DNA from: an uncultured Acidobacteriota bacterium
Lineage (GTDB): Bacteria > Acidobacteriota > Terriglobia > UBA7540
Length of the DNA stretch: 64,000 nt
Reading direction: 5' to 3'
Assembly: GCA_963804995.1 (NCBI GenBank)
Contig: CAWDSK010000001.1
Span: forward strand, 96,001-160,000
Positions 22,597 to 31,795 of this stretch are shown piece by piece. The notes under the pieces were generated by a model. That model made no database searches and was not told the origin of the DNA. It was given only the letters and a program-made list of their open reading frames with translations. A program made the translations under genes and the position numbers. Position 1 is the first letter of the stretch; every line of letters begins with the position of its first letter.

Positions 22597-24020
22597 ATGA
22601 GCCTGAATAAAGCGCTGATGGATTACTTTCGATGTCCTGAAGCCTTTGCGGATTTCGCTCTCCGAGGAGATCTGTGCCCGGGTAAGGGATATTTTCGCTT
22701 CGGGCCGGATGTTATCTGTTATGGGCAATCGTCCCCGGGCTATTATGCCGAAACGCCCGAGGAGGCAACTTGTGATCTCGCATACCATACCCGGACGGAA
22801 GGGACAACTTGCTACATTCCCTTCGACCCTTCGGCGGTGGTCGACAATTTGCGGTGCGAACGCTACCTTGGCCTCAACCCGGACAATGGGAGGGAGAAGG
22901 AACAGATAAGCTGGGTACGCAAAGCGTATTATCGTCTTCGCCCGCACCTGGGAGTCCCCATTCGCAAGCAACTGCAGCGATTGTGGTTGAGGGGCCGCGA
23001 AAAGAGGCGCTTTCCGAGCTGGCCCGTTGATCGAACCGTCGACCTATTGCTGGAGAAGCTTCTGGTCCTCTCCATGAAGGCACACCGGGTCGAGAGAATT
23101 CCCTTCATCTGGTTTTGGCCCAACGGTCAGAAAAGCTGTGCGATCCTGACGCACGATGTGGAAGAATCGTCTGGGGTTGATTTTTGTCCTTCGCTCATGG
23201 ATATCGATGATTCCTTCGGAATCAAATCGTCATTCCAGTTCATTCCGGAGGAACGATATGCCATTTCCCGAACCCTTTTGGAGCGCATCCGGGAGAGAGG
23301 GTTTGAGGTTAACATTCACGACCTCAAGCATGATGGCCATCTATACGACAGTAGGGAAGCATTCCTTCGCTGCGCTCTCAGGATCAACAAATACGCGAAG
23401 GAGTACGGCGCCCTGGGGTTCCGGGCCGGAGCACTTTATCGCAGACTCGATTGGTACGATGCCTATGACTTTTCCTACGACATGTCGGTTCCCAATGTGG
23501 GGCACCTGGACCCTCAATTCGGCGGGTGCTGTACCGTGATGCCTTATTTCATCGGGAATGTGCTGGAGCTTCCTCTGACAACGACGCAGGACTACACCCT
23601 CTTCAATATCATTTCTGACTATTCGCTCGACCTTTGGCAACGACAGATCAGACTTATCACTGAGAACCATGGCCTCCTCAGTTTCATCGTACATCCTGAC
23701 TATGTCCTCAGAGAAGGGCACGCGATACTTATGCTAGACTGCTGGCGCATCTCTCGCGATTGCGCAGTCAGGGAGAAGTCTGGATAGCTCTGCCCAAAGA
23801 GGTCGACCGCTGGTGGAGAGAGCGAGCCAGGATGACGATTGTGTGCGAAGCCGGACGATGGCGGATCAAAGGCCTGGGCCAGGAACGGGCAAGGCTGGCT
23901 TACGCGTGCCTCGACGGCGATCAGATCTCGTACACCTTCGAACCCCTCATCGGCGGAAAAACCACAGCCGCCCACGGCCGTCACATCGTGATCGCATCAT
24001 CGGGCATCGCTCTGCCATAA
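22597..24020 (+). pseudogene. Deacetylase-like EPS-locus protein, frameshifted near 23710
   Basis: LTHDVE, HDLKHDG, GFRAG, ELPLT, FIVHPDY; the C-terminus (RARDTYARLL..VWIALPKEVDRWW) continues in the -1 frame. Confidence 0.7.
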
Positions 24021-24064
24021 GACCTTCTATCAAGTCACCCTTCGCCTCCCAAGGTTTCGTGCAA

Positions 24065-25018
24065 ATGTCGATTCCATCGTTTGGTGCTTCGGTCCCGCCT
24101 GCGGGGCAAGACCCGCCCCCCCGGCTTGGAGCCACGTCGATCGCCCAGTATGCGGCGGGAGTAGGTTCCCCAAGAAATGTACTTTTCTTGTTCCTTGTAA
24201 TCGTGTCCCTTTTCGTGTTTTGGACGCCGCTGAGGACACTGCTGGATTACTCCTTGCGGGGACAGCATGAGTACGACAAGTACTCTCACACCGTGTTGAT
24301 CCCCTTCATCAGTATGGTACTGGTGTTTTTGGGAAGGAAAAGAACCTTTGCGAGTGTCCAATACGATTTTCGAATTGGCGCCATTCTGCTCTTCGCGGGA
24401 CTCATTGTGAATTGGTCAGCGGGGTGGGGTCTAAATCAGCTCGGAGCGGAGAACTCTCTCTCCGTACGGGTACTAGGACTGGTTGTATTCTGGATTGCTG
24501 GATTCATCCTTTGCTACGGAACACGAGCTTATCGGGCCGGCGCATTCCCACTCTTGTCCCTCCTTCTGGCAGTACCTATCCCTAACCTATTGCTCGACGC
24601 CCCGCTATCGGCTGTGCGGTACGGATCAACGGAGGTGTGCTCGCTGGTATTCAACCTGGCCGGCGTGCCGTTTCTGCGGAATGGGCTTGAATTCGCCCTG
24701 CCCAGCATCAGTATTGAAGTGGCGAAGGAGTGCAGTGGGATTCATTCAACCTTAGCCCTCTTTATCGTCAGCCTCATCGCAGGACACCTTTTCCTTACAT
24801 ACCTCTGGAAGAAAGTCCTTCTGGTTCTGTTCGTCCTTCCCGTTGTGTGCATCACCAATGGCTTGCGGATTGCCGGATTGACGTTGCTCGCGGTGTATGT
24901 CGATCCAAGATTCATGCACAGTAGTCTTCATCGCGAGGGAGGCATCGGTTTCTTTGTGCTGGCCCTACTATTATTGTTTGCGGTTCTTCACCTCCTGCAA
25001 TGGGGACAAAGGGTATAG
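24065..25018 (+). CDS. Exosortase family transpeptidase
   Basis: Catalytic Cys (VAKECSG), Arg (NGLRI) and His (LHREGG); YSH motif; multiple TM helices. Confidence 0.9.
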   Translation: MSIPSFGASVPPAGQDPPPRLGATSIAQYAAGVGSPRNVLFLFLVIVSLFVFWTPLRTLLDYSLRGQHEYDKYSHTVLIPFISMVLVFLGRKRTFASVQYDFRIGAILLFAGLIVNWSAGWGLNQLGAENSLSVRVLGLVVFWIAGFILCYGTRAYRAGAFPLLSLLLAVPIPNLLLDAPLSAVRYGSTEVCSLVFNLAGVPFLRNGLEFALPSISIEVAKECSGIHSTLALFIVSLIAGHLFLTYLWKKVLLVLFVLPVVCITNGLRIAGLTLLAVYVDPRFMHSSLHREGGIGFFVLALLLLFAVLHLLQWGQRV

Positions 25019-25481
25019 GAGTCTCGAGGTGAAATCTCCTGCTATTCCCGTGATCGCCTGATTTGGTGCTTTACGGAAGCGTTCGAAACCAATACAAGCG
25101 CCGCGTGGGCAGAATACGCTCGGGACCTCTTTAGGCGGTCACGGGACAAGCGAAGATCCGCCAACAGTTCGCGCAAGGCAGACAAGGCCGGAGCTCATGG
25201 AAGACCTGAAGTTGGATTCAACGGGTTAAATATTCATGAATTAAATAGTATTCTCAAGATAGATTAAATAAAAGTCAATATACCATTGGTGCCGGCTTAT
25301 AGTCCTTTAGTGCCATCCAACGAAAATGTCGCAGCACTTTCAGCGTTTCCTTGCTATCACTAGCACTCAGAACAAGAAAATGTTACCTGTTTTCCTCGGA
25401 CAATTCGCTCATTATTAGATTGCCCCCACACCCCTGAAGCCGAGAGGATTCCAATATTCCCAACGCGGGCATGGGATGGGG

Positions 25482-26627
25482 TCAATTCGTGTGCGGCGCC
25501 ACTTGCCCTTTTCCAGCAGTTCCCACGATGTGCGCCCAAATTCTCGCGAATAGGACTCGCCTAAGGTTGAATTGATATAACCAAACCCCAAAACAAGTGC
25601 CCAAGGTATTGGTGATGAGATCCGTTGTGCCGGAATCCCGCGTCGGCAGGAATGCCTGAAGAGATTCGATCGTAAGGCTGACCGCGAACCCTAGAAGGAT
25701 TGTGACCAGCGCCGGCCTTTTGATCCGTCCGGCCAGCGAAAAGTAGGCGCAGAAAAGGAACCCGAAGGGAGCAAAACCTGCAATGTTGACCAGCACGTCC
25801 TCCCAATAGCCCCAACTTGGACGGAATTCCTCCCAGAATGGCTCTAGGAAAACCTCCTTCACAACCAAATAGCGGTCCGGAATATACAAGTCGGTTGCCG
25901 AGGACACTTGGTTATGAATGACACGACCCGCCCGCTCATCAAATAGATAAAGCCCCACGGCACGCTCATTTTCGGAAACATCTGGTCGTCCCTTTTCTAT
26001 CCAGGTCGCGTAGTGGTGAAAGACCTGCGCCGGAGAGAGCTCTTGGTCATAAATGGCAAGCCCCCGCAAAAGACCAGACCAGCTATTATCTTTTATGGGC
26101 GAGTTGGCGATTACGAGTTCGCCGTCAAAATCCCTGCCGGAAAGCGGAAATTTGAGGGATGTTCGGCCCAGCGCACCATCAATATAGACTGACGTTCGCC
26201 CTCCGTTCGACGTGACCGTTATGAACAAGCGCTTTCCCCGATGGAAAACGTCATCAACATAGAGTCTGGTGGCACGAGTTCGATTGCGCTCGTCTCGAAT
26301 GTCACTTTGCAAGGCAAGGTCAGCAATGGATTGGCGCAGCGAAAACTGCCGAGGGCGCCTAGGAGCGTAGAAAGCAATGAGAGTGCTGGAGGCCGCAGTG
26401 AATTCCGGTTCTAACCAGACCTCTAAGCTGCACGGGGTGTCCTCTTGCGCATTCGGCGCCCGGAATTTGCTGGAACTCAGTATCGTCCCATGACGACCAA
26501 AGTGCAAACCGTTGCTACCATCGAGCCATGTCACCTGATTCCTGGGAGAGTGAAAGGGCCAGAGTCCTGCCACGAACAGCCCCCCTAAGACCAATCCACA
26601 AACCACGCCGAGAACCTTCGTGCTCAT
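25482..26627 (-). CDS. VanZ-family membrane protein with LamG/ConA-like periplasmic domain
   Basis: N-terminal GLWPF TM; VYIDG..IYDQELS lectin-like region; NIAGFAPFG, IESLQAFLPTR, DLITNTLG. Confidence 0.85.
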   Translation of the reverse strand: MSTKVLGVVCGLVLGGLFVAGLWPFHSPRNQVTWLDGSNGLHFGRHGTILSSSKFRAPNAQEDTPCSLEVWLEPEFTAASSTLIAFYAPRRPRQFSLRQSIADLALQSDIRDERNRTRATRLYVDDVFHRGKRLFITVTSNGGRTSVYIDGALGRTSLKFPLSGRDFDGELVIANSPIKDNSWSGLLRGLAIYDQELSPAQVFHHYATWIEKGRPDVSENERAVGLYLFDERAGRVIHNQVSSATDLYIPDRYLVVKEVFLEPFWEEFRPSWGYWEDVLVNIAGFAPFGFLFCAYFSLAGRIKRPALVTILLGFAVSLTIESLQAFLPTRDSGTTDLITNTLGTCFGVWLYQFNLRRVLFARIWAHIVGTAGKGQVAPHTN

Positions 26628-27016
26628 CACCTCCCGGTTAACCTCGCCGATCTTTTGTTGAATTCCGGAGGTAATGCCTTGCCAGCCGGCTGCGGCGTTG
26701 CCTTGTTTCTTTTGAATCATTCGGCTCACCTGCTAGCCCTCTTTCGCCAGACGATAACAGGCAATCTTCAATTCACTATAACGCAATTGTTTCCTAAACT
26801 GTGGCTCCGCCGACGTGAAAGCATTTTCTCCCTTATCGCGCCGCTGTCCAAGCAATCTCAATTCAAATTTGCTGGGCGAAAAGCTGAAGCAGACTCCTTG
26901 CCATCCGTCGGGCAGCAGATTCCAAAGTCTCTGTTACCACGATCAAATCCCTTCTGCGGCGGCTCGTTCGAGAGTACCTCCACTACTACAACTACGCTTC
27001 ATACTGCCCCACCTCG

Positions 27017-29092
27017 CTATGTAGTTGAAAAACCTAACTTCCTTTGTTCAGACGTTGATATTGCGGGTCCCCGATTGCTGCCACGGACACGCGCGACGAA
27101 CTTTGCTGCGGCTTCTGTCTCCAGTGCACGCTGGCTAAAAACCCAGGGCCCATCGGCAAGGGGATGATCGGCTTCAATCTCGCCTCGTTCCACCGCCAGG
27201 CGGAGCGTCCGGGAACTCACGCCTAAGATGCAGGCCGCTTCCGTCAGGTTCATCCATTCTTCCGACTCGCCCCTGTCGATCGAGTGACCAGGAATCGCGT
27301 GATGACTGCGTAGTGAGGTCACCCGTTCCCGCGTCCAGCGATTACCTCGCCCAGTCAGTAGACCGCTCCGATTTAGCGCGCCGGCCAGCTGATCATCCGA
27401 ACAGATCCGCGCCAATACTCTTACCGCCTCGACGGTCTCTTTCGAGGTGTGACTGCTATTCTGTCCACGCCGCCGCCGGGGTAAACGCAGGTCGGTGTGC
27501 ACGCCCCCCTTCCAGTGAATCATCAGAATGATTTCACCTGCCTGCGCATCCACATCGACGACGATCTCATGGATCAGCGTTCGTACAATGCGTTTTTTCA
27601 GGCGAATATCGGCTCCCGGGTCATTCCACACGGCTTCAAGGTCGGCCGCCAAGTTCTCGAATTCTTCCCGCGTGGGTGCAGCTGCCTGACCCTGGTCCTG
27701 GACGTGCTGTTCGATTCGTAGTTCGATTTCGTGCACTCGCTGCAGGGCTTGGTCCCAGCGACGCTCCAATTCTTCTGTCACCAAGCGGTTTTCCGGGTCC
27801 GCGGCATCGTACTGTTTCTGGGCACGCTGCGCGGCATAGCGTGCTGCCTCCAGATCTCGTCCCAGGGCCTCCAAGACCTCGTCGCGCTGACGCGCTTGTT
27901 CTTCGCTGGCCAGCACTGCCGCTTCTATCGCTGCCGGTTGCACGACCCGCACCACTTCCTTTGCCATGATTTCGTCAACCAGCCTTCCGCCAAAGGCGAT
28001 GCAACGCGCTTCGCCATTGTCCAGCCAGCCTCGACGGCACCCGTAGCGGAGCACGTCATGCTCGTTCCCCGTATACCAGACGGTCAGCTTACGACCACAG
28101 CGCCGGCAACGCAACAGACCGGCCAACAAAGCCGGACCACTTCGGACGGCGCCCGCTTGACCCCATCCGCGAACATTCTCCGCCATCGCCTGTTGAATCC
28201 GCTCAAACTCTTGCCAACTCACGTAACCTTCATGAGCGTTCGGAATCAACGCCAGCCACTGCTCCCGCGGTTTGCGCCGAGAACCTCGGCGGGGCTCGCC
28301 GTTTTCATAATGCAATGACAGTTCGGTCTTTCCGTACGCATAGGCACCGCCGTAGATCGGGTTGGCGAGCAAGCGGTGGATCGTGCCATAAGAAGGACGC
28401 TTCCAGCCTGTTTCACCTTGGGGGGTGTGCACCGGAAGCTGCAAGCCGTGTTCCAGGAACTACAACAAGGTCTGACGAACGCTCCCCAGCTCGAGAAATT
28501 TGTGAAACACCAGCAGGAGGGCTTGCTGTACCCGACGGTCGGGATCTTTTTCCAAACCTGACTCTTCGGTCTTGAGATAACCGACCGGTGCGGCCACCAG
28601 CAACTCGCCCCGGCGCGCCTTTTCGCGTCGTGCTTCCACCGAGCGCTGGCGCAGCAGGTCCAGTTCATATTCGTTCAGGCTCCCCTTCAGCCCCAACAGT
28701 AATCGATCGTTACTGTGCCGGGGCGAATAAACCGTCTCCTGGTCGATCAACACCGTATCGACGACACGGCACACTTCCACCAACTGCTGCCAGTCTCGGC
28801 TGTTGCGAGCGAAGCGGGAGACCTCTCGAGCGGCCACCGCTCCGACCTTGCCCAAACACACCTCCGCCACCATGCGTTCGAAACCGGCGCGCGTTACCGT
28901 CCCGGCCGCGGACCGGCCCAGGTCTTCATCCACGACCTCGATCTCGCGCCAGCCTAGCTGTGCGAGGCGTTCCTGCATGGCATACTGCAACTTCTGGCTT
29001 TCCAGGTTATGGCTGACCTGATAAGCCGACGACTGACGAACATACAGGATCGCCTTGCGTTCCAGATGCTGCGTTTTGATCTTGTCACTCAT
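27017..29092 (-). pseudogene. Large serine recombinase with an in-frame amber stop
   Basis: YVRQS catalytic motif, DEDLGRSA, EVSRFARN, LLANPIYGG, CRRC/YGC zinc ribbon, coiled coil; TAG at 28460-28462 (RQTLL*FLEHG) between two in-frame halves. Confidence 0.9.
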
Positions 29093-29282
29093 TCCGCGCC
29101 TCCTTCTGATGGCCGGAGGCGAGGACCGGGCTTAAGTGCTCGCGCAGCAGTTGCGCCAGCAGCTTCAGGGTCTTCTGCTGGATTTCCTGAGGCAGTCTCT
29201 GCCAGGACGGACTCAGGTGGGGCGGATGAAACAATTTGAATTGATTGGCTGTCGGTCGGCTCTCTGACGTTCGCATCAGCAC
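29085..29282 (-). CDS. Small accessory ORF upstream of the recombinase
   Basis: 65 aa, helical (WQRLPQEIQQKTLKLLAQLLREH); overlaps the recombinase start, in the same position as 41143-41448 in element 2. Confidence 0.5.
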   Translation of the reverse strand: MLMRTSESRPTANQFKLFHPPHLSPSWQRLPQEIQQKTLKLLAQLLREHLSPVLASGHQKEARNE

Positions 29283-29618
29283 CTCCTGGGACTAGCAAGG
29301 AATGATGCTGAGCTTGTAGCACAACCTCTGGGCTGACCTGGGGGGCACCTCGAAGCAGGTCCTTCAAATCCAGCAATGCTTCGCAGGACACCGTGGGAAC
29401 TGCCATCTTACGCATCCGACAGCAGGTTGCAGAATCAAACATCCATTGCGGCACGTCCAAGCACCGAGCATCCGGGCTCTCCTCGATGCCGCACCGATAT
29501 ACCGCTTGCCTATTCTTGACGAGAGTTTCATAAGTCCAGACCGAACGACCGTACCACGGATGCCACGGGTAAAAGACTTCTCGAGATTCAGTACTATGGG
29601 TGTTGAGTTGTCGAGTTG
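29089..29618 (-). CDS. Startless body of att-split HP-motif (DUF5372-like) gene of element 1
   Basis: Open from the element edge: TRQLNTHSTESREVFYPWHPWYGR..LDVPQWMFD..; its ATG is at 27002 at the other end; its stop overlaps the recombinase ATG (ATGA). Confidence 0.75.
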
Positions 29619-29974
29619 TACCACGAAGATCGCGTCCATGACGCCCTGAACAAAGATACGCCTACCGGCCGTTTTCTCGAACGGAGGCGACCGATGCAGC
29701 AAGAGTTCTGGCTTACCTCGCGTCGGTGGCCTCCATCACCGCTATCAATGGCGGACAGCCGCCTGGAGTGCATACGCGATCAAGCCGTTGCCCATCTGTC
29801 GCCGTCTTCTTCCTGTGGAGTCAAAGCCAAGCCTGTCAGAACTCCATCAAAAACTGCCGAAACTCCGTCTGCGCGTGCGCCCTCGTCATGTGGACAAAGG
29901 AGGGCGCGAGGTGGCGGAGAGATCACCCCTTTTCTCAGGCGGCTTATTTTTGAGGACACACAAGTTGCCTGCTC

Positions 29975-30784
29975 TTACGGCGCGGAGAAAATGACCTTCT
30001 CATTGGGGTCCAGGAAGGCCAAGACGGGGCCGGACGGATTCGCCGCCAGCCCGGCTCGAATCTTCCCTTCGGCATCGTAGAAACCCAGGGCTGGCCCGTC
30101 AGCTGTCACGGCAAGCCCTGCTCGTCTCTTCTCGTTCGCATCGTAAAGAGCAAAGACAGGTCCCAGCTCCTCGAGTCCCAAGGCCAGCCGTGCTTTACCG
30201 TTTGCGTCACGGATGCGGAGGGTAGGTTCTTCCCCTTGCAGGCTGAGTCGGACTCGCCCCTCACCTTTCTCGTCGAACAAGGTGAGGTTCATGCCCGCTG
30301 CCGAAGCGCAGAGTTCCACGCGTTGTTGGGCCCGAACTCCTTGCACGATAAGTCCGCTCAAATCCTTCGTCGCGTACAGCCAGGATTGTGACCTTCCGTT
30401 CGCATCGAAGAGGATGACGGCAGGTCCATTCGAGCCCAGTCCGATAGCTAATCTTCTTTTTCCCTCCGTGTCAAAGAAACTCAAACTCGGCCCACTTGGG
30501 GTCATGCCGAGAACGGCGCCGGTTCTTCCCCTTTCGTCCTTGAGGACGAGTTTCTCCGCCTCCACAACCCGGGGCGATTTCCCAACCGCCATCATCAGAA
30601 AACCCCCAGCGAGCACCGAAAAGACGAGAATCACCTCCCTGGCGAGAATCCCTTTCGTCACCCAGGGCACGTTGGCCATCAGCAGGACAGCCAGGCAGAT
30701 CGCCGTCACAAGGCAGATTCTTTTCCCTGCCACATTCGCGAGCAGTGCTTTAATCGTCTCTTGACCGGCTTTCAGTTGTGTCAT
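29975..30784 (-). CDS. Membrane-anchored beta-repeat hypothetical protein
   Basis: Two N-terminal TM segments, then about eight ~22-aa repeats (GPxLxxxDxxGKxRxxL). Confidence 0.65.
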   Translation of the reverse strand: MTQLKAGQETIKALLANVAGKRICLVTAICLAVLLMANVPWVTKGILAREVILVFSVLAGGFLMMAVGKSPRVVEAEKLVLKDERGRTGAVLGMTPSGPSLSFFDTEGKRRLAIGLGSNGPAVILFDANGRSQSWLYATKDLSGLIVQGVRAQQRVELCASAAGMNLTLFDEKGEGRVRLSLQGEEPTLRIRDANGKARLALGLEELGPVFALYDANEKRRAGLAVTADGPALGFYDAEGKIRAGLAANPSGPVLAFLDPNEKVIFSAP

Positions 30785-30863
30785 ATGGGCTCCTACGCCT
30801 GGGGCTAGAAAGATGAGCTGACCGGGATTTTGTACCACCGCAAGTGAGAGAGTCTACATCATT

Positions 30864-31279
30864 TGAGTGGTCTGGGTTTTTTGTACCACTTTCAGAGTGA
30901 GTTTTCGGCTCCTTCGGGGCCTGTCAGGTTGCGGCTAGCCGCGACCTGACAGGCGAATTCGGTCGGCGTCCGCTCTCCGAGAGCCCGGTGAGGACGGCTC
31001 TCATTGTACTCCCTCCTCCAAGCCTCGATGATCGCTTTGGCCTCACTCAGCGTCATGAACCAATGGGCGTTCAGGCATTCCCGTCGAAAGGTGCCGTTGA
31101 AGGATTCCACGTGGGCATTGTCGGTGAGCTTGCCCGGCCTGGAAAAGTCGATCCGCACGCCGCTCTGATATGCCCACAAGTCCATCGCCTGACTGGAAAA
31201 TTCGCAGCCGTTGTCGCAGAACAGCAGCTTCGGCGCTCCCCGTTGCGCCTGGATCCGGTTCAACACCCTTACGACGGCC
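30864..31279 (-). mobile_element. IS3-family transposase 3' fragment with one terminal IR
   Basis: CDNG.EF, SRPGK.TDNAHVESFNG.FRRECLN, WRREYN..RPH; terminus TGAGTGGTCTGGG at 30864; truncated at 31279. Confidence 0.85.
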
Positions 31280-31795
31280 TGTCCGTGGCGGATTGCTAAT
31301 TTGCCTGGAATTCCGCGAATTTTCAGTTTCTTGCTACGATACGGATATGCGCGATCTCGTGATCCTTTTCATCCATCTCATCACGACCGTCGCCCGACTT
31401 GCAAGTCCCGGCGGCGTCCGTTCCGTAGTTGCCGAGTCCGTCCTCGTCAAACATCAACTGCTGATCCTCAATCGCTCGCGCCAGCGCGCTCCCCATCTCC
31501 GCCTATCGGATCGCACCGTCGCCGGTTGGTGCGCTCTGTTTATGCGGCCGTCCCGGCTGATCCGTTCGGCCATCGTTCTGAAACCTTCGACTCTCTTGAG
31601 CCTCCAGCAGGCCCTGAGGAACCGAAAGTATCGCCGGCTCTTCTCATCCGAGCGCAAGGGAAGGCCCGGCCCAAAAGGACCCAACAAAGAACTCATTGAA
31701 GCCGTTGTCCAAATGAAGCAGCGCAATCCCACCTGGGGCTGTCCGCGAATTGCTCAACAGATTGCCTGGGCCTTCGACATCCCCATCGACAAAGA

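Larger units (their letters stand above)
26990..29618 (-). mobile_element. LSR element 1 (2632-bp circle), flanked by a shared TAC core
   Basis: TAC at 26987-26989 and 29619-29621; removal restores the target reading frame; the rejoined ends form the palindrome AGTTGTACAACT. Confidence 0.88.
26954..29770 (+). pseudogene. 3' remnant of an rve/IS481-like transposase, split by LSR element 1
   Basis: Joining 26954-26989 to 29622 onward reads LRRLVREYLHYYHEDRVHDALNKDTP, then (frameshifted) LPRVGGLHHRY; these motifs match the transposase C-terminus at 39914-40163. Confidence 0.8.

Noticed and set aside
28460..28462. Pyrrolysine or alternative-code readthrough of TAG
   Set aside because: TAG terminates many ordinary genes here and no recoding machinery is visible.
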